Assembly (NCBI GenBank): GCA_964252035.1
Contig: OZ176202.1
Length of the DNA stretch: 64,000 nucleotides
Reading direction: 5' to 3' (one strand)
From: Podarcis erhardii
Lineage: Eukaryota
The position numbers and the translations under genes were made by a program. The notes under the pieces are model-generated. The model worked only from the letters and a program-made list of their open reading frames with translations. It did not search any database and had not been told where the DNA came from. Shown one piece after another: positions 49,634-62,720 of the stretch (positions are counted from its first letter, which is position 1; each line of letters opens with the position of its first letter).

Positions 49634-50559
49634 ACACACACAGCTGAGGTGTGTACTTAATTTTAAATGTCAGAGTTTCTGTTACAAATTTCAACTATTT
49701 CATTCCATACTTCTCCAGAGGGTGGGAGCAAGAGTGAGCGGGAGAAATTATATTAATTCTTTCATTTACTTGTCTAACTGTTTTTGAACGAATGAATGTG
49801 AATTAACAGTGTTATCCTTTCCTAACAATTATCTTTCGTTACTCTAGCTAGTTTAGTTCTAAAAGACAGTGCCATTGACAAGGAATGGTTGGGGGGGAGG
49901 GAGAGAACCTTCTCGGATTTTTTTTCAGCTCAGCGGTGGTAATGTTGCACTGAGCACTAATGAGGGAACCCCCACTGGTTTGCCTGCTTTGTGACTTTTC
50001 TATTTCATAATTATTTTTAAAACGCAAAACGACATGAGGTAGCCCGGTCATGCCTCTGCTACTTCCTGGTACCTCCGCGCCGCACTACAGATAGCAATTT
50101 GTTCTTGTAACATATATGTCTCTCTGGCCATTTTCATCTAATTTGTATGGGTTCTACCATTTCTTTTCTCTCTTTCAGGGGCCTTGCTGTGTGTGAGCTA
50201 GGGGGTGGCATGACATGCTTGGCTGGGCTTATGGTAGGTCTTTTCTCAATTCCAATCCTATTCAGAGGGAGGAACAAAGGGGAAAAAATGTTCCAGTGCC
50301 TCCAACTGCTGGGTCAGAGAACTGTCAACAGAATCAGCTGCGGTCAAGCTGCAGAGTCTTGAGAGACCTTCTAGATTGACTTGCTTTCGTATCATATTGA
50401 TTTTATGGTTGCCTCGATGAGCAGAAACATTTTACCTCAGTGTAGTCAATATCTCTTGTTGTGACATTCCAGGCCACGTACGGTCTGTCTTTCATTGCCA
50501 TAGCTGAAGCTTCCCCCCTCCTCAGATTATAGTCCCCCCCCCCCCATTTGCTAAGATAC

Positions 50560-51375
50560 NNNNNNNNNNNNNNNNNNNNNNNNNNNNNNNNNNNNNNNNN
50601 NNNNNNNNNNNNNNNNNNNNNNNNNNNNNNNNNNNNNNNNNNNNNNNNNNNNNNNNNNNNNNNNNNNNNNNNNNNNNNNNNNNNNNNNNNNNNNNNNNNN
50701 NNNNNNNNNNNNNNNNNNNNNNNNNNNNNNNNNNNNNNNNNNNNNNNNNNNNNNNNNNNNNNNNNNNNNNNNNNNNNNNNNNNNNNNNNNNNNNNNNNNN
50801 NNNNNNNNNNNNNNNNNNNNNNNNNNNNNNNNNNNNNNNNNNNNNNNNNNNNNNNNNNNNNNNNNNNNNNNNNNNNNNNNNNNNNNNNNNNNNNNNNNNN
50901 NNNNNNNNNNNNNNNNNNNNNNNNNNNNNNNNNNNNNNNNNNNNNNNNNNNNNNNNNNNNNNNNNNNNNNNNNNNNNNNNNNNNNNNNNNNNNNNNNNNN
51001 NNNNNNNNNNNNNNNNNNNNNNNNNNNNNNNNNNNNNNNNNNNNNNNNNNNNNNNNNNNNNNNNNNNNNNNNNNNNNNNNNNNNNNNNNNNNNNNNNNNN
51101 NNNNNNNNNNNNNNNNNNNNNNNNNNNNNNNNNNNNNNNNNNNNNNNNNNNNNNNNNNNNNNNNNNNNNNNNNNNNNNNNNNNNNNNNNNNNNNNNNNNN
51201 NNNNNNNNNNNNNNNNNNNNNNNNNNNNNNNNNNNNNNNNNNNNNNNNNNNNNNNNNNNNNNNNNNNNNNNNNNNNNNNNNNNNNNNNNNNNNNNNNNNN
51301 NNNNNNNNNNNNNNNNNNNNNNNNNNNNNNNNNNNNNNNNNNNNNNNNNNNNNNNNNNNNNNNNNNNNNNNNNNN
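50560..51375. other. N block, 816 nt
   Basis: Run of n preceded by a poly-C tract. Confidence 0.99.
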
Positions 51376-53526
51376 CCATCAAAAGTATCCTTATTCAGAT
51401 AGAAAACTGGTCTGTTGGACTCGTTCCTTTTTCACTACCTGAGCAACAATTGATATAAAAGGACAGCAAGGGGTCCATATAATAATATATGCATACGTAC
51501 ACATACCCACTGTAAGTAATTAAGAATATATAATGTTATTAAATAGATTTACAGTGTTCCCTAGGGGGAAAAAATCACACTCTCTTTTACATTAAAAAAG
51601 GAGTGTGCTTGTTCTGCAAGAAAGAATCAAGAAACATGATAAATACTGATCCCATGTTATGTAAGTATTCAAATCAGTTCTGTTTAAAGTTATACAACAG
51701 CAGACCTTACAATTCCAGTTTTGCAGATTTCCCAGTTGCTGGTCTACTTTACATTGGTTTTGCTTCAAGATATTGACATTTTATATTGAATAAATATATG
51801 TGTTACATATATATTTACCCATATCCAAAATTAGTCAAAATTAGTGATATCAAAAATTAGTCATACTCATAGTAGACTCAATTATTTCAGTGGGTCTTCT
51901 CTGAGTATCACTTAATTGGATATTATCCCAGCTTCTACTTTTTGTTTATGTTTAGACCATGTACACATAATATCACTCATAGTAACCTTTCCCTAACTTC
52001 ATGCAAGATGCATCTCCACTCAGTTCATTACCAATTGCCCAGTATTTCTCTTAAAACAAGGTTTTCATTCTTGTATTGGAATACGTTTTATTAAATCTAA
52101 TTAGTACATATGCAGGTAAACAAATTTGCACTTTAATATGACTGCAAATTATTCCCTCTCAGTTAACTAAGTGTCTACAATAACATGCAAGCTAAGTCCC
52201 ATAGTGAATATTAATGACTGTTAGAAATTGAGAGGGGAACGCAGAAGGTATCTGTTTGCTTTGGTTCTTGACGATAATGACATTTGCATGTTAGGGGTCT
52301 TCATTTAGTGGCGGAATACTGGCATGTCAAAGTTATGGAGAAATCTCTTTGTTAGTATTCACAAGATAGGTCCTTTCCCCCTCAATTTTATTTAATTCTG
52401 TTGTGAGGCTGTTTTTTTTTTAAGGGAAACAATGTGTGCTTACAGTATGCATACAATGGTAATGCAAGGATATCGAGAATCAGACTTCAAGAACACTGTG
52501 CCCTCTTTGGGGGACCTCAATACAGCGATATCTGTGTCAAATTCTTGGAGAATTCAAAGATGAAGTCCTAGGCACTTATCCCATCTTTTAAGAATGTGAC
52601 ACACAGGTGCTTTAAAATGGGGGTAGGGGTGAAAGGGGAAGGGGATATTTTCCCTCTTATAATATTAAGCCAGGAAAATGTTGTTGATTTTTTTTCTACC
52701 TAGAATCTACAGTTTTGCAGTGTGCCATATAGTTATGCATTATACTGTTGCTTTCTCTAGTACCTCTGTAAAAGATGTACATGAGGAAAACATTTTTAAG
52801 AATCAATAGAGTTGAATCAGGATATATTATAACCAACTGAACTTATTTAACCTGGCTGATATTTTGCTTCCACTTTTAGATTTTTAGAATCACAAATTAA
52901 GCACCAGACAGGTTTAACAGTATCTCGCAGGTCTATTATAAAGTTTTCTTGCAGTGTCAAAATCCTTTGTGTCATCCAATGATCTATTATGCAAATATAA
53001 CTTTAAAAAAAACAAAAACAATTTTTTAGGAGTTTTGGATTTTGCAAAGCAAATCTGCCATGACAATCTAATTGTTTTCTGTTTCTCTATATGGTCAAAA
53101 TATACTGCTTTGAAACAATCAATTATCAAATATACTTTAGATTAAACACTACCCATATCAACCCACTGAATTGCAGCTGAGGACAGAACATAAACAAAAA
53201 TATTACAGACCTCACACTTACATGGAAATAACACAAAAAAATCAGTTGAATTTATTAAATGTTTTAGTATTAACTTGCAAAGCTGTTAAAATGCACAATA
53301 ACTTTCAATGCCATTGTCAGGATGCTTGAATAAAGATTTGTACTCAACTAGAAACTTCCCTAAGCAAATACGTTTCAAAAATTATCAATTCTGTGATGGG
53401 GGGTTACAAAGTGCCTTGTTTTGTGCTCTGTTGTTGAGCTATTAAAGTAAAATACCCTTCTTGTTTAAAATTAGAGTTTACCTTTGTCCTTTAAATTTCT
53501 TTAAAACTTATAAATTATATGCCACT

Positions 53527-53529
<3 letters not shown>

Positions 53530-53563
<34 letters not shown>
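53530..53563. repeat. (TA)n microsatellite
   Basis: Perfect dinucleotide run. Confidence 0.95.
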
Positions 53564-53566
<3 letters not shown>

Positions 53567-54318
53567 AAAATGGTGTCGACCCAGGAAGAGAGAAAATCAC
53601 AGTCAGAAGCCGGGAAATCACTAAGCAAGCCTGCTAATTATTCTTAATGGGCAAGATGAACACATTAAGAAACAAATGAATACATCAGCGAAATGTAATT
53701 GAAAATCGACCTGGCAATAGTGCTTTGCATCTGAGCATTCACTTTTATGTTATCATCATTGTTATACTTATTATTGTTGCTATTATTAGCATTATTCATA
53801 GAGGATATCTAGGGGTCCTGCTTTTGTGTAGTTTTGAATTTGTTGGTGGTGGTGGGATTTGATTTACCTTTTTACTCCCCCCCCCCAAAAAAAACCCACT
53901 GAGTGTATTGTGTCCCATCAGTCTTTGATGGGTTTATTGCCAATTCATTTGTGAGAGTAATAATTTCATTTACTACAGGGATGTCAAAGCATGTGCTCTC
54001 TTAATACAAAATCAATATATATCAGGTATAAGGAACACAGAAGCCGGCTTCCATATTAACTATTCCAGTTTTTAAGCAATCTCTTTCCCTATTGTATAAC
54101 ATTTAGGGGTACTTTTAACAATAAAACTCCAGTGTGTTGTAGTGCGCCATGCAAACATGAATGTATTCTTTTTAAAACTCTGCCACTGCTCATATAGCAC
54201 CATATTATGGTATAAGAAGCTATAATGTATAGCTGCACTTCCTAAGCTGCACTGAAATTAAATTACACTTGTTAGTAATTGCATTGCATAGTAACACTAC
54301 TGTTTTATTAATGTATTA

Positions 54319-54679
54319 GGTAAAGGTAAAGGTACCCCTGCCCGTACGGGCCAGTCTTGACAGACTCTGGGGTTGTGCGCCCATCTCACTCAAGAGGCCA
54401 GGGGCCAGCGCTGTCCGGAGACACTTCCGGGTCACGTGGCCAGCGTGACATCGCTGCTCTGGCGAGCCAGAGCCGCACACGGAAACGCCGTTTACCTTCC
54501 CGCTGGTAAGCGGTCCCTATTTATCTACTTGCACCCGGGGGTGCTTTCGAACTGCTAGGTTGGCAGGCGCTGGGACCGAGCAGCGGGAGCGCACCCCGCC
54601 GCAGGGATTCGAACCGCCGACCTTTCGATCGGCAAGTCCTAGGCGCTGAGGCTTTAACCCACAGCGCCACCTGCGTCCC
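54319..54679 (-). mobile_element. Sauria SINE, second subfamily, young
   Basis: Diagnostic 3' segment actggcccgtacgggcaggggtacc; most CpGs retained; perfect 12-bp TSD attaatgtatta (54307-54318, 54680-54691). Confidence 0.95.
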
Positions 54680-56480
54680 ATTAATGTATTATTTTGTCTT
54701 AAAATTGTATTTCCTACTTTTTATAGTTTTATGGCTCTATTAGTAGTCAAATCGATTGCCAAAGGAAAAAAGAAAATGCATTAAAGGTGAATTTGGTAAT
54801 GTACCTGAACATCAAATTTGTATTTTCTAAATTTTAATGAAATAATGATCTGAAATTCATGTCTTGGTCCAGTCTACAGATTTCTTAGCCAGATCTCATT
54901 CTGAAAGTTATGTGGTATATTTAAAAACTATTTGCACTAATGTAAATACAGCTGAGAACTTACACATTTACTGATGGAGACTTTCAAGGAGGAGAAATGG
55001 TTCAGGAAGCTGCTTAAAAATGATCTTTATTTTAGCTTTTTGTTTATCATTTACGTATGAATTGAAATATGGTATCTAGAAATGTGAGACAAGCTTAGAG
55101 TGTATTACAATATCCACAATGCAACCCACCCCCACAAAAACCAGTAATATTATAATATAGCTATATTGTGTATGGCTCTCCAAATAATCTTAGAAAATCT
55201 AGGTTTTAAAGAGAAGCTTGAGAATGGATTCTGGAGAATAAAGATTTATGCACTATGTAAAATATGTTGTTTATGATCCTGCATCCAGCTATAAACATAT
55301 CCTATGTAGAAGTTATTTTGATTTGAGTAACAAATGTTCGTGTATGTGTGTAGGATGTAGTTGGATGCAGGTCTGAACCCTTCATGATTACACAAAATTA
55401 TTGAAGGCATTTTTTTTTAAAAAAAAGTATACGATGTTTTATTAGCAGATTTGCTTAATTAACCAAATAATACATAATTCTTTATGATATTAGTCATGCC
55501 CTTTCTTTTCTCTATGATTTGGATCACGGTGTTACACAGAACACCATGGAAACATGTCAAAAAAAAAATAATTCAAAACCCAGAGGGCTTTTTTTAATGT
55601 ATTTTTCACAGCAACAACATTATCTCTACTGTTTTGTTACACACACGCACACACACACACACACAAATGTCTGTTACGTTCATAAACTTCATTATTATGG
55701 CTTTCTGAGCCTCTGTTACTCTCAACGGTGATGCATTAGAGAAATGTGTTTTTCTTTGCAAACGCCGCTAATGTGATTTGCAAGCTGCTCCTGCGGCAAC
55801 TATATCCATGCCAGTGCTACAAACACCACTATGCTGGGATTCCCCACAAGTCTATGTGTGTCATAATAGCATTGCTATTTGTATTTCGCACATAAATCGG
55901 TGAGAATGGGAATGGGGACAACTCACCTAGGACAACTCCCCTAACAATATTATTATAACCTCTATGTCAGAGCAAGTCTACCTGCTAAATATAAAGCAGC
56001 CTGTTGACCTCACATTATCACTGGTCAACGACATAGCAGGATTGAATTGCTACTCTTGCCTCATACAAAACGCTGCTGTAGCTACTTCAGGGTAAGCCAT
56101 TTTGCATGTCCATGGTTTTTAAGGCAATTCAAAGCATGTATGTCTGGAAGGATTCTCTCCTGGTTTTGAGGCTAGGCAGTAATTCTAAACAGAAGTGGGT
56201 TTTCTTGAAAGTCATGGGACTGATTTCCAAGCAAATAAGATAAGGATGGAGGTACTGGCTTTCTTCAGGAGGAAGAGTGGAATAACAATTTTAATAAACA
56301 ACAATAACAGGCAACTTTCAATAATTTCTCAGTTCACTGGTTCCAATGAGAAAGTGTTGATAGTTTGCCAGGAATGGTGGTGAGAAAGAGGAGGCTAACA
56401 GACCAATGTATACCCCAGGGTGATTTGACTTTGGGGTGATTTCTTCAATAATCCAGAGTACATGTGTTTCAAGGCAAGTT

Positions 56481-56666
56481 CAGGGGTTATCATCCTGGTC
56501 CCTACCGCCCACTAGTGGGCATTTCAGGGTTCTAGGTGGGTGGTAGGGGGTTCTACGGCACAAGTTGAATCCTCCTTCCATCGAGCACTGGTGGGCGGTA
56601 AGGAAATTTTACCATCAAGAAAGATGCATTAGTGTGCAGTAGGTATAAAAAGGTTGACTACCCCTG
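56481..56666. mobile_element. hAT-superfamily MITE, 186 bp
   Basis: TIRs caggggttatcatcct / aggttgactacccctg; perfect 8-bp TSD ggcaagtt (56473-56480, 56667-56674). Confidence 0.9.
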
Positions 56667-56891
56667 GGCAAGTTTAACTGACATAAAGTGACTTTCATGT
56701 ATATCTGTTTAAAAGTTAGGGTTCCTTCAGCTACCTCTCACATTTGATGGCTAATTATGACAAATTTTATCCATTTTACTTTCCATCGGGGAATTAAAGT
56801 ATCCTTGGTGGGATGTGTAAACACTTCAGCAAGCTTGTGATGGGGGTGGGAGGTGCTGCATGCTCTGAGGGTGAGGGTGGGATACAAATAA

Positions 56892-56938
<47 letters not shown>
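56892..56938. repeat. (ATT)n microsatellite, probable tail of an old SINE
   Basis: Perfect trinucleotide run after gggtgggatacaaataa. Confidence 0.9.
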
Positions 56939-58130
56939 CTAAAGGTCACTTAAGGGTGGGTGTCTGTGAGTGTTGTTCATCTCAATGGGGCGCACATTCT
57001 GATGTGTATTCCCAACCACAACTAGTCATTGTGTGTTAGCCCATTACTACCATGAACATCTGGAATGTGACGCCTTCCAAATGTTGTGGAACCACAACTC
57101 CCATCAACCTGGACCATTGGGCATGCTGGCTAGGACGGATGGAGTTGGAGTCCGACAACATCTGAAGGTCACCACATCTGAGCATGATGCAAATGAGCTG
57201 CAGTGGTCCTCACATTGATTAACCAAGATTAAGTGGCAGCTCTTGCGCATGTGTGCTCATAATATATAATAATGACTATGGTTGCAGAAATATTTGCCAT
57301 TAAAAATGAGTAGATTTTGATCCATCAGTTTTATTTTATGGATGATTCTTAACCAGTGTTATAGATGTAAGCGATATAATCAGAAGAAACCAAAAGAAGT
57401 TCAGAGCCCAAGCAGTCTCAAGCTGGTAAGACACTTCTGATGTTTCTTTTACATTGTTTCTGTCTGAACTTTTACCCATGCTAAATGAAAGTAAGATGAG
57501 GATGAAGCGCTGGCTCGTTTTCAGACTTGTGCTTGGCTCTCACTTGGAATCAATTTTGTCAGACAAAAATTATATACCAGTCTAGCATGTATTGACTGAA
57601 CACTTAGCTTTTTATGTTAATCCAAACTGCTTTTTTTCAAAATTCTGAAACATATATTGCTTTGCATGCACAAGAAAAAGTAACTTGTGCTACACATCAT
57701 CTACCTTTAGCTACATGCAAAAAGGTCATTTTTAGTACTGGCCACAGTGGTGTAGTGGTCAATTTTGAGGCCATCATGACATCCCACATAAACATACCTC
57801 AAAGGAAAGTCCCCAATTAGAGGCAGCTGTGTCGACCCATTATTACACATAGGTAAACCCAGAAGTATCACACCAACAAGCAGCAGTACACAGTGTAAAA
57901 TCTGATTTATTAGACTCAGCATTCTGCGATGCTGTGCATTGTCTTCTGGGATAAAGGTCCCTTGAACTCAGTGGTGCTTAATTCTGACGGCATATAGAGT
58001 CATTTTGTAAGACACATAGAGCTTTAACAAAAGATCTTCAACCAGCTGAAATGCAAGCAAGCCTGCAAAGAAGGGTTGCCATTTTAATTGCTAACATTAA
58101 GTAGGGACCTCTTCAAGGAAAAGAGAAGAA

Positions 58131-58300
58131 GGGAGGTCACTGGAAGAACATCTTCTCTGCATGCAGAAGGTCCCACTTTCAATCCTTGACATCTCTGGCT
58201 GAGAGGGACTCACATCTATAATCCTGGGGACCTGCTGCCAGTTTGTGAAGACGATACTGAACTAAATGAACTGATGGAACGATCTGACTCAGCTTCCTAT
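58131..58300 (+). mobile_element. Degenerate tRNA-derived SINE (Squam2-like)
   Basis: tgcatgcagaaggtccca..tcaatcc head and ..ctgactcagcttcctat tail match the recalled consensus. Confidence 0.6.
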
Positions 58301-58648
58301 GATCCTGTGGAGTATTCAGCACTACTTGGTTATTTCCCTCATTCTCTGACTTCCTCTATGCTAATGTCACAAAAACTTGAAAACCTCAATAATACCTCAT
58401 TCGCTTGCCTCAGCACCATCACTTCTGCTGTGAAAGATGTCCTACATTCGATTCCCCCTCTGCTACTACAATAAAATAAATACTACTACTACTACAACAA
58501 CAACTGCAACTAATAATAATAATAAATACTTCACTGATGGCCATAATCAAACCACTATACTCAGCAGTATTCCTGCTGAAGGATGTGTGAAGAGCTTGAA
58601 GAAGCGTTCACTAAAATATGTATTTAGCAGACACTACTAAGTGATTCA

Positions 58649-58994
58649 GGGACGCGGGTGGCGCTGTGGGTTAAACCACAGAGCCTAGGACGATCAGAAG
58701 GTCGGCGGTTTGAATCCCCACGACGGGGTGAGCTCCCGTTACTCGGTCCCTGCTCCTGTCAACCTAGCAGTTTGAAAGCACGTCAAAGTGCAAGTAGATA
58801 AATAGGTACCACTCCGGAGGGAAAGTAAACGGCGTTTCCGTGCGCTGCTCTGGTTCACCAGAAGCGGCTTAGTCACGCTGGCCACATGACCCGGAAGCTG
58901 TACGCCAGCTCCCTCAGCCAATAAAGCGAGATGAGAGCCGCAACCCCAGAGTCGGCCACGACTGGACCTAATAGTCAGGGGTCCCTTTACCTTT
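58649..58994 (+). mobile_element. Sauria SINE
   Basis: Head, body and tail; 14-bp TSD tactaagtgattca (58635-58648, 58994-59007). Confidence 0.95.
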
Positions 58995-60851
58995 ACTAAG
59001 TGATTCAGCACAAACAAGACATGTTTATTTTTCCTCAGGGGCTGTTACAGCTAAAGACAGAATTGTATTGCCCTTACACTGTAATTAATCTATGTTTAAG
59101 AAAGCAATTAATGTCTGAAGCTACCATATACTAAGTCAGACGGTTGTCAGTCCAGGTCAGTATTAGCTATTCTTGCCAAGGTTAGCTCTTGGTACTTGAG
59201 GATCATTTTGAATGTAGGTGCTCGTGATTGAATCTGGGTCCTTAGGAATGCAGCGTAATGTACTGTTACTGAACCATTTCTATCAAAAGATTCAGATGAA
59301 AGCCAGGAAATGTTTTCTTCCTCTGCTCTTAACTGTCTCTCTGTCTTGTTTGGAGGCCGGAACACAACTCAGTGGTGGACCACCTGTTTTGTATGACAAA
59401 ATTTAGCTTCCAATCTACCTTCTCTGTCCTAGAGCAAGGCTGTTGAAGTCCAGCTGCAGCCTGCTCTGATGTTTGAGGTTACGGGTCTAAATGGAATAGC
59501 CAAAACCAATGTTGTATAGGTCTGTTTTAGGCCCATTTTAATGGGCATTTACTTAATATTTTAGTTCCAACTTGGAGGCAAAACCATTGGGCAGCTTAAA
59601 GCAATTGTTCCTTTGTTATCATATGTACCGAACTTAATACAATCCCATATCATTTCAGGTTCCAAGCATCCAAAATAAGTGCTTTTCTTAAGACCTTAAA
59701 CACCTCTGATTTCAGCTTACTGTGAACAGACCCCTGTTTTGTTTCATGCACACCCATATGCAGGTTTCAAATTGCCATGTAGTGTGTGCAAGACTTCATC
59801 TCTTGTCAAGATTTACAACCTGGTCTTTTAGATATCAATCAAAAGCACATTTTCAACAATGTCCTCATTTACATTTATCTAATGTTTAAGGTCATTTGTG
59901 ATCATTTGAGTGTATTTCAGCATATGGAATCAGTGAATAATAGATTTCAGCTCCATGCTGTGAAGAAAGATTGTGTTTTTACAAGACATAATGTTGTTTA
60001 CTGGGTGTTAATAATCACTAATTAATAAACATATCTAGATTTCTAAAATGTTGCATTTTCTGTGATGGAAATGTCAAGTGTTTAACTTGCTGAGTGCAAT
60101 AGCATTTTCTTCCTTCTCTGCATAAAATAATTTAATTACAGAAAGATGAGCTATGTTGTACTGCAATATAGAGCATATTGGTCTTTCCCATTTTGGTACC
60201 TATAGATTCCCATTCAAATATTTCATATCAATAAAAACTATTTATAGCATACTCTGTGCTATGCTACCATAAAACAGTTTGAATTGTGCAAATATAAATT
60301 TTGACTAACATCCTTTTACCCATTTTACTATTTTATTTCTATATCGTTGTCTAATATCTCTCTCCACCTGAAACATATATACTTGCAGGCAATTTCTACT
60401 GAAATTAACAGGAGCTTTTCCCCAACCAAATGAGTTTAAGCATATTTTCAATTAGTGAGTGGTCTTACTCAAAGTTGTGTAAACAGATAATGGTTCCCTT
60501 GAAACCTAGGCCTTGGCTATATTTTAAAATCATTGCTGCACATATTTGTATCCCTAAAATAACATGTTCTCTACTACAGAATTGAGCTCTATGACTAGAT
60601 ATATCTGTTTGGTAGCTAAGATTTATCCTCTCTGAGTGGAACCCCTGTCAAGTTTTAAGTTACATTGCTACAGTCAGGTGCCTGCGTCCTCCACAATTAA
60701 AAAATTGTTGGTGGTTCTGCCCTTCTCACACTTCTGTGTAGGTTGTACATGGTATATTGGAGAAACAGTATCAACAATAGCCTTTTGTTCCCCGAATACC
60801 AAGGTCCCTATTTAGGTTGCCGTACTATATTTTATAGTACTATATTTTATA

Positions 60852-61186
60852 GGGACGCGGGTGGCGCTGTGGATAAATCCTCAGTGCCTAGGGCTTGCCG
60901 ATCGTATGGTCGGCGGTTCGAATCCCCGCGACGGGGTGAGCTCCCGTCGTTCGGTCCCAGCTCCTGCCCACCTAGCAGTTCGAAAGCACCCCTTTATAGC
61001 GGGAAGGTAAACGGCGTTTCCGTGTGCTGCGCTAATGCTGTGCTCGCCAAAGCAGCTTTGTCACGCTGGCCATGTGACCCGGAAGTGTCTCCGGACAGCG
61101 CTGGCCCTCAGCCTCTTAAGTGAGATAGGCGCACAACTCTAGAGTTGGACACGACTGGCCCGTACGGGCAGGGGTACCTTTACCTT
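60852..61186 (+). mobile_element. Sauria SINE, second subfamily, with internal deletions
   Basis: Intact B box; gcccgtacgggc 3' segment; TSD tactatattttata (60838-60851, 61187-61200). Confidence 0.93.
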
Positions 61187-61252
61187 TACTATATTTTATA
61201 GTGTATAGAATATAGTAATATAGTACTATAGTACTATATTTCATATTTTATA

Positions 61253-61606
61253 GGAGATGCGGGTGACACTGTGGTCTAAACCACTGAGCCTCTTGGGCTT
61301 GCCGATCAAAAGGTCGGCAGTTCGAATCCCCGCAATGGGGTGAGCGCCCGTTGCTTGGTCCCTGCTTCTGCCAACCTAGCAGTTTGAAAGCACATCAATA
61401 AATAGATAAATAGGTACCGCTCCGGCAGGAAGGTAAATGGTGCGCTGCTCTGGTTTCGCCAGAAGTGGCTTAGTCATGCAGGCCACATGACCCAGAAAAA
61501 CTGTCTGCGGACAAACGCTGGCTCCCTCGGCCAGTAAAGCAAGATGAGCACCGCAATCCCAGAGTTGTTTGCGACTGGACTTAACGGTCAGGGGTCCCTT
61601 TACCTT
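61253..61606 (+). mobile_element. Sauria SINE, third variant
   Basis: ggagatgcgg..tctaaaccactgagcctcttggg head, aaaaactgtctgcggacaaacgc insert; flanked by atattttat-containing repeats. Confidence 0.93.
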
Positions 61607-62504
61607 TACTATATTTTATGTTGAATGCCTGCCAAGCACATGTCTGTGTATAGGAGTGTAAGGCTCAAGGTGGGGGTGGAGTGCTTTCAAACAGTTATGG
61701 CCCATATGTCTCACACAAAATACAAAAGAGAGGCTGGCCAATTATGCTTCTTTAAACATTTTATTAACCCATTACATCACACGTTATGCCTTCCCCCTAC
61801 ACCCTCTATTTACCTTAACTGTTGGGGGATTCTTTCCCCACCCACCTTTCTATAAGAGAGCCCAGGATACTTCCCACCCTTTATCTAGGGTAGGATCACC
61901 TGCAGTCGAATCTCAGTTGGGTGACTTCTCTAGCCTTATTATCTTAGTCCTTATTATCTGAGTGCTGATAGGAGCTTCACTTCCTTGGCCTCCTCTCAGC
62001 TTGTGCCCAGAGGCTCCTTCTTCTTCCGCTGACCACGCTATCTTTCTCAATTACATCTGGAAGATATTGGAAGGATTGCCCTTCAAGCATGAACTTTACT
62101 GTCCTTGTCTTCTCTTGCCCTCTCTGGGATCTGGTTTCCCCCACTCTTTCTGGAACCGATCTCCCCCTCTCTCCTGTGGGTGGTTCCGATCTCCTGCTCT
62201 GCCCAGGATGGAAGGCAAAAGCAGGACTTGCACCCACAGGGTCCCAAGCCGCCTAGCAAGGCATCCTCCTGCCATTCCCAGGAGGCTTCCCTGGCACCCA
62301 CTGTGGGTTGTTCTCAAATCTCCCATAGGGCAAACCCAGCCTGCAGGTGCTGCTCCAACCATCTCCTTCTCCTCTTGGCTCCATCAGAGATGGATGGTCT
62401 GACTAAGACTGCTGCTGAACAGATTGCTGTTGTTGCTGCTGCTGCTGTGTCTACTGGCAAGATGCCTGCCTTCCTCTGCACACTCCCTCCATGGAGCCTT
62501 CTTT

Positions 62505-62720
62505 TTTACTTATCAATTTCATAAAATTTATACAATGCTTGATTGTGTTCTTTAAAAAATACAAAAACCTTCAAAGCTGGTTTACAAAAAAAAATCAGGA
62601 AAATTTCGCAACCATACTTTAAAATACTAAAACAGACTAAAATTATCTTAACTTTCTAAGCATCTGGGTAGGTTCATCTAAACAGGAATGATTTTAGCAG
62701 GCACCAAAAAGAGTACAGCG
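62505..62720 (-). mobile_element. L2-type 3' end, degenerate
   Basis: tttatacaatgcttgattg..aaagctggtttaca..gcaggcaccaaaaagagtacagcg pattern. Confidence 0.45.

Noticed and set aside
50522-51402. Longest ORFs in the track (also 81-785, 25493-26082, 28294-28992, 33895-34396, 36965-37336)
   Set aside because: They are long only because runs of N contain no stop codons
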